A stretch of 63,638 nucleotides of DNA, the filler included, from Folioceros fuciformis (Eukaryota), in assembly GCA_049999805.1 (NCBI GenBank). It is 9 parts of 9 records of this genome, joined end to end, with 100 filler letters (N's around TTAATTAATTAA, not from the genome) between each part and the next. Parts side by side here need not be neighbours in the genome. Positions count along the whole stretch, not along the records: positions 19,590 to 38,019 come from JBNGIO010005998.1; positions 38,120 to 41,858 come from JBNGIO010005999.1; positions 41,959 to 46,758 come from JBNGIO010006000.1; 6 more parts are not named here. One strand, 5' to 3'. Under the pieces are notes generated by a model that had not been told where the DNA came from, searched no databases, and saw only the letters and a list, made by a program, of their open reading frames with translations. Shown here in pieces: positions 35,901 to 46,858 of the stretch (its first letter is position 1; the number at the start of each line of letters is the position of its first letter). Both the position numbers and the translations under genes were made by a program.

Positions 35901-37950
35901 GGATGAAGCTTTCATTAAAACTGACACTGCGAGCCAAAGTTAACTGCCTGGTGTAGGGATTGTATAATTTGTATCCCTTTGACTGTTCTGAATATCCAAC
36001 AAAGACATGTTTGGTTGCACGGTTGTCCATCTTGCCGCGCTTATCTTTTGGGATATATGCATAAGCTGCTGCACCGAAAGTTCGAAGATGACTGATTCTG
36101 GGCTTATGCCCACTCCATCTTTCAAAAGGTGTATAGGAAAAAAAAGGCTTAACAGGAAGCCTATTCTGGACATAATTAACGGCTGATACTGCCTCAGCCC
36201 AATAACCTCGAGTGAGGCCAGCAAGTGATAGTGTTGCTCGGGACCGTTCCTGTAACGTCCTGTTATATCTTTCCGCATAGGAATTTTGGGCTGGATGAAA
36301 GGGGACAGTAAGCTGGTGGATAATGCCATGCTAACGTAGGTAAGCCTGAAAATCCTGACTCAAATATTCTTTTGCATTATCGCTGCGAAGCTTCTTAACT
36401 ACTTGTCCAGTTTGCTTTTCAGCCATCCAGATATAGTCTAAGAACTTCTCATATGTTTGATGTCTATTGTGCAGAAAATAGATGCAGCAATAGTGACTCC
36501 ATTCGTCTAAAAATGTCAGGAAATAAATTGCTTCACCAAAGGAGACAGTCGACATAGGTTCGCATATGTCGGTATGAATTACGTCCAAGAGTCCGGCAGC
36601 CTTGGTTGGCTGAGGATCAGCATATGGCAGCTGCGCCATTTTACCTACTTGGCAGTTCTCACAAAAGAGATGATCAGGTACTTTGAAAGATATAGGGTCC
36701 TTATACAATTCAGGCTTATTTACAAGCTGTCTGATGTATGTTATGCTTGGATGACAGAGCCGGCTGTGCCATAAAAATACTTTGTCTACATCGGGACGTG
36801 AATCTACAACCATGGCTCTAGATTCTCTGGAGGTCAGCTCAAAATGATACAAATCATTGAAAGTGACACCCATTCCAAGGACAATTGAGGGATGTTCTGC
36901 AGATGTAACATAGCAACCTGAGGGTGTAAAATTCACTTGCAGGGCATGATCTGAAATAAGCTTACGGACTGATAAGAGATTTTTCGTCATGCTCGGTACA
37001 TGTAGAACTTCCTTCAGATGGACCTCCTGTCCAGCATTTAACGCCAACACCACTGTTCCACATCCGGCGATTGATAGACCACTATCGTCTCCCAGCAAGA
37101 CGAACTGATTAGTTGGAGCATCCAAGTAGGTAATAAACTTGTCTCTAGACTGGCATATGTGATTCGTCGCACTGGAGTCGAGAAACCACATGTTTGCATC
37201 AGCTTTGGTTAAAGATAGGCAGATTGCAAGGATAGTTGGTGGTTTTATGCCTTGTGTGTTGCTTGACTGTCCACGAGTCACAGCATGTGATTCTGCTCCA
37301 GGAGGGGCTTCACGCCGGGGCTCGCCGGCACGCTTCTTTCGACATTCACTTTCAAAATGCCCTGGTATCCGACACCAGTGGCAAGTTCCCTTTGTCTTCC
37401 TCTGCTGTTGGGGATAAGATGGGGATGTGTAAGGTCTCCTTGGACCTGCTGGTGGCCTGTAAGGGCCACGTCCCCTACCTCGCCCTCTCGAGGTAAAGAG
37501 AACTTGTGTAGAATGTTGTTGCCCCCTTCCTGTTGCAGTCCTGCTCGACTCTTCTTCGAGCAATGCACCGATTACCTCTGAAAGTGTAATGGCGGGTGGT
37601 GCCCCTGCTGATGTTGATTGGATAGCTTGTCTTATAATTGAATTTTGTGAGCTAACAAAAGCTCTGTAACTAGGTGGGAGAGATGTTAAGAGAATTATTG
37701 CAGCCTGCAATTCCGGAATATCGGTTTCGCAAGAGGAGAGTTTCGCCCTCAACGTACGAAACTTATGAACATGGTGTTCCACACTATCAGAGTCTTCCAT
37801 CCTAAGTGCATAGAAAAGCCTTGTTGCGTTCATCAAGGACATAGAGTCCTTTGCAGCAAACATATTTTTGAATACTGCCCACACTGCAGCTGACGTGCTC
37901 TGTCCCTGAGTGTGTTGAACCATATTTTTATCCAAAGATGTGAGGATAAT
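32901..37950 (-). mobile_element. Degenerate Ty1/copia (gag-pol about 37950-33755, putative 3' LTR about 33382-32901)
   Basis: CCHC CHWCRIPGHFESEC, WFLDSSAT, WHSRLCH..CENC, RSDNAKE, YVDD, DADWAG. Stops at 36331 and 34714 plus frameshifts. PPT TGAGGGGGCG near 33392-33383. LTR limits tentative. Confidence 0.88.
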
Positions 37951-38019
37951 TGTGGAGGCAAAACCCCGGGCACTGATTGCCAACGGGTTCCACCTTTAGT
38001 GGCCACACTTATCCCACTG
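37951..38019. mobile_element. Second copy of the 19028 LTR-like terminus, nested in copia gag
   Basis: 69 nt identical to 19028-19096, up to the gap. Confidence 0.8.
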
Positions 38020-38119
38020 NNNNNNNNNNNNNNNNNNNNNNNNNNNNNNNNNNNNNNNNNNNNTTAATTAATTAANNNNNNNNNNNNNNNNNNNNNNNNN
38101 NNNNNNNNNNNNNNNNNNN

Positions 38120-40540
38120 AGCACCCTCTTTGTCGAAGACACCAAGGTGGCAAGGTACGTGCAACTAGTGCCAGTCCCCAGGTCATTGGGAAAGGGATTG
38201 CAAGAAGAATCAAGTTGGTGAGGCCAAGAGCGAACCTCGCGCGACAAATACCGTGGTGGTTTCGACTAAGGCCAAGAACCATTCTAACCTTGGCGTTGCT
38301 CTCACTGTTTGTCTTGTGACCTTTGAGTACAAGAGTTCCTGGCTGATAGATTCTGCCGTGTCAGCGCATATCTATAGCCACAAGTTGATTTTTGCTACGT
38401 ATGCAGCGTCTGCTAATACTCGGCGTTCCGTACTGCTTGGGGATGACTCTGGTCTTTCTATTGCGGGACATGGTTCCATCACCTTCACTTTGGATGATGG
38501 TTCCTTGCTATTTCTTACTAATGTGCTACATGTTCCCCACATGCCCAAGAATCTTATCTCTGTTAGACATCTGTGCGAGACGGATCCTTTCGCCTTAACT
38601 TTGGCCCTGGAGGCTGTCTGTTATCTCCGACTTCTAACCCACGGGTTATTGTTGCCAAAGGTCATCCTTGTCATGATTTATATGTCCTTTCAAGCAAGCC
38701 CGTGCTTTTAGCGGTTGCCTCTACGATGGTTTCCTCTCACGGAGACCAGCCTTATAGTAGCTCGCATCTAGGTGTAGCTCTCTTGTGGCATTGCCGGCTC
38801 GCGCACCTCAACCCTGCTCGATTGCTTGCCAACTCCCAACAAGACTTGTACCAGGACAAACTTCCTAAGCTTCCGTCAACAAAGCCTCTCTGCGAAGCTT
38901 GTGTCCTTGCTAAACAACGAAGTTCCCCTTATCCTACTCTTCGTGCTCGTCGGTCTTTGGCACCTCTTGATTTGGTCCATGTAGATTTATGTGGTCCTCT
39001 CTCTGTCTCATCTTTAGGCTGATCACTTTACGACTGTTGTGGACGACTTCAGTCGATATACGTTTGTGTTTCCTATCCGTCTTAAGAGTGACTCGTTTAA
39101 TGTGTTCTCACCCTTTGTTACTATGGCTGAGTTACAAATTGGCCGTACACTTCGGTGTATTCGCTCCGACAATGCGGGAGAACTCAACAACCATCAGTTT
39201 CATGACTTCTGCGAGCAGCGTGGTGTCTTGCGTCAGTTTACAGTGCCCTAGACTTCTGAGCAGAACGGCGTTGCTGAGAAGGCCTATGGTGATTTGATGT
39301 CCATGGCTCGTGCCATGCAGGCACAGCCCCAACTACCCAAGTCCTTTTGGGCTGAGGCTATGTCTACTGTAGTGTACATTAAGAACAGAGTCCTCACCAA
39401 GTCGGTTTCTGGCCGTACTCCATATGAGTGTTGGCATGGGAGCAAGCCTTTAATTTCACATCTTCATGTTTTGGTTGCCCTGCTTATGCTCTTGTCCCAT
39501 TACAGCTTCGCGACAAGCTTGATGCTCGTGCTTGCAAGTTGGTGTTTGTCGGTTATGGCGATGATCGCAAAGCCTACAAGCTCGTGGACTTGGACTCTCG
39601 GATTCCTATCTACGCCCGCACTGTCACCTTTGATGAAGCTAAGATAGTGCCTGCTATTGCGACTCCATTTGAGCCTCCTCTTGACGTGCAAGATGGTGCT
39701 TCCTTTGGCTCGAGCACTCCTCGCTCTTCTGGTGATACGTCTATTGATCCCTTTGTTCAGACCTTTACTTTTCTGACTGGTGGTGTTCCTCCTCCTCCTA
39801 TGGCTCCTATCCCTCAAGCAGTTTTGGTGCCGCCAGTTGCTAGTTCTGCTCCCCAAGTGCAGCCCGCTCCTGAGTCCTCTGTTCCTACTCGAGAGGGGGA
39901 CATGGAAATAGACCACGAGGTAGTATATGAGGACCCCCGTATGGAACAAGGTGATGTTGAACATGTTGATTTTGAACACGTGGTGCCCCATGATATTCCT
40001 CAAGCACCTGTCACTCCTCCATCCCCACCTAGGCCCCCAGCTGCTCTTGAGCATAGATATCCTACTCGTGTGCGCCAACCTAGGCATCTCTGGAAGGAAC
40101 AACCATTTGATATTGAGTTTAATCAAGCTAGTTTAACCTATGTTAATTCTTTGGATGCTCTCTATGTCTTAAGTGTTTCTGCTGCAGAGGGAGATCCTTT
40201 AATCTTACAAGATGCATACTCGAGACCCGAGGGAGCCAAATGGAAGCTAGCTATTGACGATGAGTACAACTCATTACTTAAAAACAACACTTGGACTTTG
40301 GTTAGTCTGCCTAAGGGTAGGACCACTGTCAAGTGCAAATGGGTTCTTAAAACTAAGTTCCAGGAAGTAGAGCCACGAATTCACTACAAGTCGAGATTAG
40401 TAGCTAAGGGATATGGTCAAAAAGAGGGAGTGGATTATCAAGGCGATAAGGTCTACTCACCCGTCGTCAAGGCTGCATCAGTTAGAATGCTCCTTCCTTT
40501 ATGTGCTGAACTAGACTTGGAGATCTATCAGCTTGATGTG
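38120..40540 (+). pseudogene. Degenerate copy of family-A copia gag-pol (CCHC to mid-RT)
   Basis: High similarity to 1351-5979 (PTRVRQPRHLWK, EGVDYQGDKVYSPVVKAAS) with frameshifts and stops; ends at IYQLDV. Confidence 0.92.
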
Positions 40541-40553
40541 TACAAATGTAGTA

Positions 40554-40686
40554 CAGGCGCTAAATGTATTACTCCCAACATCTAAATAGATTGGTTAAGA
40601 TCAACTTAGCATCATCATCCAGGCGCTAAATGTATTACTCTCAACATCTAAATAGATTGGTGAAGATCAACTTAGCATCATCATCC
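40554..40686. repeat. 66-bp tandem duplication
   Basis: CAGGCGCTAAATGTATTACTC..TTAGCATCATCATC x2. Confidence 0.9.
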
Positions 40687-41052
40687 ATCCTGCAGAACAC
40701 ATTCACATCCTTTGTCTCAGCATGTTCAACCTGTCATTACATCTGCTGCTACAAGCATTAGAAGAATTTTCCTTCCAGCACACACCAATGCCATCAACAT
40801 TAGAAGAAACCATCAGTCACAAGGTGTGGTTGATATGCTCACGTGGTTGCAGGGCATTCGCTCAACGTCGAGAAAGCTGTTGAGCAGGCTACCATGGCCA
40901 AAACGAGTATGCACCGCTTGCCGAAGTTGGAAACAAATATAGGAGAACAAATACAGCATACATTCTCTTTGTCCATAGTCCACAAGTTGTGAACATTCTT
41001 TGTCCATAGTTCACAATTCACATCCTAATAGTAAAAAAGGTTGCATTGAAAT

Positions 41053-41740
41053 TTATGAGTCATCCGAATCTATCACTAAGTGATAGCCTAGAGAGTCAGC
41101 TATGCAAACTATTGCCGAAGCTTGAGCAAATGTTAGTGGAAACCTGGATATCTTCCATGCTCCATTCTGCCTTTCAAGTTGCGAAAGGGCACGAAATTTA
41201 TCGTCGTGAACATGGGCAGAAAGAATTTTGTACATATCCACCATGGCTCTAACTTGATCATCAATGGATTGCCAACCTCCAGAGATCTTGATACACTGAA
41301 ACAACTTCACATCTGAGGATAGAACATACCGCCACCGATCAGCTCTGGTTCTTCTATCCTTGGTGTCTCCAGTTCTGGTTCCTCTAGAGATCCGTGGTGT
41401 CTCCATACTTCCCCTCGAAAGTGCCTCTCAAGTTTTTGGTGCCTTTTGCCGTTAAGAGATCGAATTCGAGATCCCGAATTCTTCGTTCACAGAAAGAAAT
41501 AGCCAGCTCCTTAGCCCTCGAAGCTTCTATGGCCTGCTGCAAGGCTTGCTCCCTAGCCCTCGAGACCTGGATGGTTTCTACATGCAGCATCTTGATTGAA
41601 TCAATGAGCATATGTTGCCTCTCGGGGTCCTTCTCTCTTCTCAACAGGGTCAACAAAGGGTCCATATAGGAAGCTCTAACACTGAAAGCCTTGACATGCC
41701 TATCCCGAGCATAATCTCTTCTTGGCATACTCAAGCCCAT
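41053..41740 (-). pseudogene. Frameshifted orphan ORF (coiled coil plus unknown C-terminal domain)
   Basis: ORFs 41806-41384 and 41406-41053 join into one frame if a 4-nt CTCT insertion (41389-41386), inside a 30-bp tandem duplication, is removed. Confidence 0.55.
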
Positions 41741-41958
41741 GAGTGATCCAGAAGCAGAGCCGCTAATCGGCACCAGCAAAGCCGCGATAGATAGAGACGC
41801 CCGCAAACCTCAACCGGCAAAGGCTTTCCGATTCTCCCACTACCTCTCACCCCGCACCNNNNNNNNNNNNNNNNNNNNNNNNNNNNNNNNNNNNNNNNNN
41901 NNTTAATTAATTAANNNNNNNNNNNNNNNNNNNNNNNNNNNNNNNNNNNNNNNNNNNN

Positions 41959-44076
41959 TGGAATCATCACCCAAGCATACAAACCTTTCTCCTTGCACAG
42001 GTTGCAGATTTGTGAAGTATGACTGATAGGGAGTCATGTGCTGAGAGGCACCGGAGTCAATATACCATACATGCTCAGCGCTTGATGCGTAACATGTGAC
42101 GACAAGTGCTGAGATGGTGCCCAAACAAGGAACTTCTTTCGCCTTATTCTGGACACTTGCTGCAAACGCTCGTGAATACTTCTTCATAGTGACTGCGAGG
42201 TTCCCTCCTGAATGGCTGCTATTTGACTCATTTGCCAGGCGCTTCCTACAGGTTTCCCAAGAGTGGTTGGGAATACCACAATAGCCACATGGTGGCTTAG
42301 GTCTGCTAGCATTAAAAGGTTGTGGTCGAAATGGGAAGCCTCGACCACGTCCCCTTTCTCTGACAAAAGGTCTGCCTCTGCCCCTGCCTCTTACAGGCTT
42401 ATTCATGAAGAGGGCTTTGTCTCCTGCTGATATAGAGGACGATGCCATCTTGCGGCGATTCTCCTCTGTGAGCATGGTCGATATGACACGGTTCATAGTA
42501 ATTGCTGCCACATTTTGCAGGGACTGGACTACATTGGTCCAACTTTCAGGGAATTGAGATAATAAGAGGACTGCCATAATTTCCTCCTCAAGTTTGAGGC
42601 CAAGAGCCTGAAGCTTTGTTTGCCAACTCCTCCAAGTGAGTACAAACTCAGCAACTTTATCAGACTCTAACATTTTTAGTGTCACAAAAGACTTGAGAGT
42701 ATGAGTTTTCAGCATTAGATCTGAAGCGTCGTACACTTCCAGTAATTGTTGCCATAATGCTGCAGCTGATGTAATGGAGCCCATCAACGTGGCAATGTGT
42801 GAGCTCTTGACGCTCATAGTTAATGAGCTTCTTGATTTGCAGCCTTCCATGCTGCAATTTCATCAGTTGTTGCTGTGTTAGGCGGTTCAGGTATTAGGAC
42901 CGCTGCACCAACATACTCCCAGAGATTGCGTGACTTCAGCAGCTCCTCCATTCGAAACTTCCAGAGATTGAAGTTCTCCCCATCAAACTTGTCCTCCTTA
43001 GCCAAGGAGATTGGAGTGGAAGGTGATTGTGCTGCCATGACTCTAGGAAGGACTAGAGGCTCAAAGGAATAGGATGGAACCTAGCTGCGCACGAAGAGAG
43101 TGAGTCAACTGGACTCTCTACTTCTAATGAGACTTGGAGGTGAACAGACAAAGCAAAACAGAATTCGGAATGAATTTTATCCACTACATGACTTGCATAT
43201 GCATAGATGTAGGGGTAGCTAGGTATGATTGGTTGCTGTCTAAAGAGAATGTCTAGTGCTGATAAGACCTGATTAAAGACAAAGTCTGGTGATGCAGGAA
43301 GGCATATGACAAAAGTCGACATAGAAGGGGGAGACATCTTCAGCACTCAGCACTAATAAGAAATGTCGATTTGGCTCCAGTCATACCCGTCAGCGGCTTC
43401 AAAACCTTGTACCAGGTTAGTGGCCATAAGCTCCAAAACAATGCACAGTCTAATCCAAACCTGTTGCCACCTGTTTCCAGGTGCAAGGGTTTCTTGATAC
43501 TCCCTCTCAGACCTTCTGAAGTAGGCTCGAGTAGCCTCTTCACGTAGCGCACGTCTCGCTAGGCGTTCCCTTCTCCTTGAGCCAGGCATGGTGCACCAGA
43601 GAGCTGCACAACATTCCTCCAAGATAACCTCTTGAAGTTCATCTGTGTGCAGGTACTGATGCGCCACTCCTGGGCTGAAAAGGGAAAAAGAGAATAGAGC
43701 GCCTGCTGACGCACTACGTCCAAAAGTAGATCCTCTGCGCTGCAATCAGTCCAGGAATCTGGGGGAGCATAACGAACTGAGCATCTCCCAAATCACTGCT
43801 GACGCGCCTTCTGTCCATTGTACGTTGATCAGATACATGAGCGTTCCAATCTCCGAGATAGAGATAGGATTCTTGCAAACAGCGCGCCTACAGATTGGAC
43901 AGATCGCAGTATCCATGCTCTGATACCATGCGAAGTTTAGCTTGCTTAGGATCAATCGATTCATCAGGCGTGGCACACTTTTGTGTGTCACATGAAACGG
44001 TTACAACGACCGGAACCCGTCGAGTTCGGGTTTAATCCTAGCCTAATGACTGTACTAACTTAACTATTGTTTCACA
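41959..44076 (-). mobile_element. 5' part of a Ty1/copia (LTR about 44076-43929, PBS, extra ORF, frameshifted gag-PR)
   Basis: TG...CA LTR candidate, PBS TGGTATCAGAGC 43928-43917, gag KFDGENFNLWKFRM, CCHC CGYCGIPNHSWETC, protease WYIDSGASQHM. Confidence 0.88.
43353..43589 (-). CDS. Extra Arg-rich ORF (78 aa from first ATG) between PBS and gag
   Basis: MPGSRRRERLARRALREE...LMATNLVQGFE; frame open upstream to 43745. Confidence 0.45.
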   Translation of the reverse strand: MPGSRRRERLARRALREEATRAYFRRSEREYQETLAPGNRWQQVWIRLCIVLELMATNLVQGFEAADGYDWSQIDISY

Positions 44077-44430
44077 GAACACACATCCATGGCTTCTTCC
44101 CACCTGCCTTGAGAAGCATACATTGGCAAGATATCTTTGCACAAGGACATGTCCGACTCATGCCTTCTTCATACTGTAGAGCGTGAACACAGTGGCTCGG
44201 AGGCAGATCCTTCTTAGGCACACAGTCCTTTTAAGACCATGTAAAGAGAGAGATTTTGAACAGGGCAGTCTGTTTGCACCCGAAGTGCGAGAGCGTCCAC
44301 GGCATCAGGTACCATGACATGTTCACAGAGCTCTCTTACGGCTTCAACCGTGGCACTGTTTCCGGATGGCTGCAGGCCTGCAGCCATCCGGCTCACTCCA
44401 GTTGGGTATATGGCCTGCATGCCCACAGCA
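44077..44430 (-). pseudogene. Relic N-terminal part of a PLS-PPR gene, cut by the copia LTR
   Basis: ATVEAVRELC..DAVDAL..LYMVLK and HESDMSLCKDILPMYASQGRWEEAMDV align with the N-terminal motifs of the neighbouring PPR genes. Confidence 0.75.
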
Positions 44431-44637
44431 ACAGCAGCAAGCTGAGCATTAAACCGAGCTGAAGTCTAGCGGAACTTGCACGACTCTTTATCTCGCAAGT
44501 CCGGCGGACTCCAGCCCTCCTGGTATAGAACTACGGTGTGGAGGCAGTGTGTGAGAGTCCTGCGGGGAGAAAATCTCCAGCAACGCAGGTACCATCGGAG
44601 GAGGTTGGTTTGTTGACGATCAATCGATCACGAAGTG

Positions 44638-46758
44638 CTAAACGCTTGCTGTGAATTGGAGCGCAATGGTGTCCATTAGCGTGTGCTCACTCTCACACTC
44701 AAGGGTTCGACTCGCGTCTGCCCTGAAGTCTCCCGCTAACGAGCCCCAGTGTGGCTCATACACTCGTTTCTTTATTTCAGAATTCAGATGGATCAGGCTT
44801 GCATATATGCCTTGACTCTCAGGATGCTCGTCATCCCCAACCAAAAAACTATGCACAAGTCCGTCCATGTCTGTCCACCAACTCTGGCCTGGCTGCTTCC
44901 ACGCCCCAACTCCTTTCCTCCTAGCCTGCATGAGCTGTGCGTGATCCCACATCTGGGCACTTCTGTATATGTTTGACATCAAGACATATGCTGGCGCATC
45001 TTTCCTGTCTAGTTTCATTGCTTGATCGAAAGCATGGCGTCCAACCTCCACATTGCTCCACTTCTGACAGGCACCTAGCAAAGCATGCCAAACTGGAGCG
45101 TTGGGCAGTACAGTCATGGTACTTATCAGAGCTAGTGCCTCATCCACCTGGCCTGCACGGCCCAGGAGGTCCACCATGCATGTGTGGTGTTCCACCGTAG
45201 GATGGATGCCATACTGTATTCTCATATTCTCAAAGACCTCTCGCCCCTCGTTCACAAGATCACCCGCATGACTGCAGACTGTCAACACACTAAGGAAGGT
45301 GATGTCGTCAGGCTGTATGCCATCCTCTGCCATCCTTTGAAACAAGGCAAAGACTACATCACTGCTCCCTTGACGGGTGTAGCCTGCAATCAGTGCATTC
45401 CATGCGGCTACGTCTCTCTCTGACAAGGCCTCAAACACCTGTTGAGCATCAACCATGCTCCCAGACTTCCCATACATATTTATCAAACTGCAAGCTACAA
45501 GCACATCGGTATGGAGCCCTTGTTGAACAATCTGCGCATGAAGCTGCTTTCCCACAAGCAACGCTGCCACATTTGCACATTCCTGCAAGAGGCACTTAAA
45601 TGTCACAGAATCAGCTGCAACGACACCTTCTTCTTGCATGACCTTGTAGAGAGCAAGGGCTTCCTGACCCATGCCCTGCTGCGAGTATCCTGCTATCATA
45701 GCCCCCCACGTCACCACATTCTTTTCACTAAGGCCGTCAAACAGCACTCGGGCATCCTCTAGGCTGCCACACTTGGCATACATGTTCACCAAACTGCTGG
45801 CAGCAAAAACATTAGCCTGCATTCCTCGCTCCCTAATCTGTGCATGAAGCTGCTTCCCCTTCTCCAAACCCAAACTTCCCCCAACAGTTGCACAAGCATG
45901 CAGGAGGCACACAAAGGTGACACAATCAGGAGCTACGATGCATTCTTGTTGCATGGCCTTGTACAGATCCAGGGCTTCCTGACCCATGCCCTGCTGGGAA
46001 TACCCTGCAATCATGGCACTCCACGTCACCACATTTTTGTCACCAAGTCCATCAAACACGGCCCGAGCGTCCTCAAGGCTCTCACACTTGGCATACATAT
46101 TCACCAAACTGCCGCCAACAAGTCCATCAGCCTCAAGTCCTAGCTCTCTAATTTGCGCATGAAGCTGCTTCCCCGTCTCCAAACCTGGGACACCTACGCT
46201 TGCACACGCCTGCAGCAAGCACACAAACGTAACAGAATCGGGGGCATCCGTGCCCTCTTCTTCTAACATGGCCCTGTACAAACGAAGAGCTTCCTGCCAC
46301 TTGCCCTGTTGAGAATACCCCGCCATCATGGCATTCCAAGTCACCACATCCTTGTGCCCGAGCCGGTCAAAAATCCTCTGGGCATCTTCCAAGCTCCCAC
46401 ACTTGGCATACATGTCCACCAAGGAAGTCCCAAGAAATAGCTGCCGATCAACCCCCGAGGCCACTACATCAGCATGCACCTGCTGACCAGTTTCCAGGTC
46501 CCCACCTCTCGCACAGGCCTGCAGCGCTGCCACAAAGACATGCCCATCCGCCTTCACGCCAGACCCCCGCATCCGACGATACAGCTCCACAGCCTCCTTA
46601 TCCTGCCCGTGCCTCACATGCGCAGATATGATCGCAGACCAGGTGAACGCATCCGGGTCATCAACCATCAAGAACACTGCCATCGCCTCTTGCATCTTGG
46701 CATGCGCAGCATACATTCGTAGGACGTGATTGCACAGGAAAGTGTCCGACTCATATCC
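44638..46758 (-). CDS. PLS-class PPR protein with E domains, WW-type PG box and truncated DYW (E+); 5' end in gap
   Basis: P-L-S triplets, VEHHTCMVDLLGRAG, WKQPGQSWWTD..VHSFLVGD..HPE. No HxE or CxxC before the stop. Frame open up to the gap. Confidence 0.92.
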   Translation of the reverse strand, partial: GYESDTFLCNHVLRMYAAHAKMQEAMAVFLMVDDPDAFTWSAIISAHVRHGQDKEAVELYRRMRGSGVKADGHVFVAALQACARGGDLETGQQVHADVVASGVDRQLFLGTSLVDMYAKCGSLEDAQRIFDRLGHKDVVTWNAMMAGYSQQGKWQEALRLYRAMLEEEGTDAPDSVTFVCLLQACASVGVPGLETGKQLHAQIRELGLEADGLVGGSLVNMYAKCESLEDARAVFDGLGDKNVVTWSAMIAGYSQQGMGQEALDLYKAMQQECIVAPDCVTFVCLLHACATVGGSLGLEKGKQLHAQIRERGMQANVFAASSLVNMYAKCGSLEDARVLFDGLSEKNVVTWGAMIAGYSQQGMGQEALALYKVMQEEGVVAADSVTFKCLLQECANVAALLVGKQLHAQIVQQGLHTDVLVACSLINMYGKSGSMVDAQQVFEALSERDVAAWNALIAGYTRQGSSDVVFALFQRMAEDGIQPDDITFLSVLTVCSHAGDLVNEGREVFENMRIQYGIHPTVEHHTCMVDLLGRAGQVDEALALISTMTVLPNAPVWHALLGACQKWSNVEVGRHAFDQAMKLDRKDAPAYVLMSNIYRSAQMWDHAQLMQARRKGVGAWKQPGQSWWTDMDGLVHSFLVGDDEHPESQGIYASLIHLNSEIKKRVYEPHWGSLAGDFRADASRTLECESEHTLMDTIALQFTASV

Positions 46759-46858
46759 NNNNNNNNNNNNNNNNNNNNNNNNNNNNNNNNNNNNNNNNNN
46801 NNTTAATTAATTAANNNNNNNNNNNNNNNNNNNNNNNNNNNNNNNNNNNNNNNNNNNN

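Noticed and set aside
37951-37983. N-terminus MAISARGFAST of ORF 36331-37983
   Set aside because: Read-in from the nested LTR-like insertion, not real gag sequence.
46807-46858. Fusion of the two PPR ORFs into one gene
   Set aside because: Separated by an unsized gap; the upstream gene is already at the end of its DYW domain.
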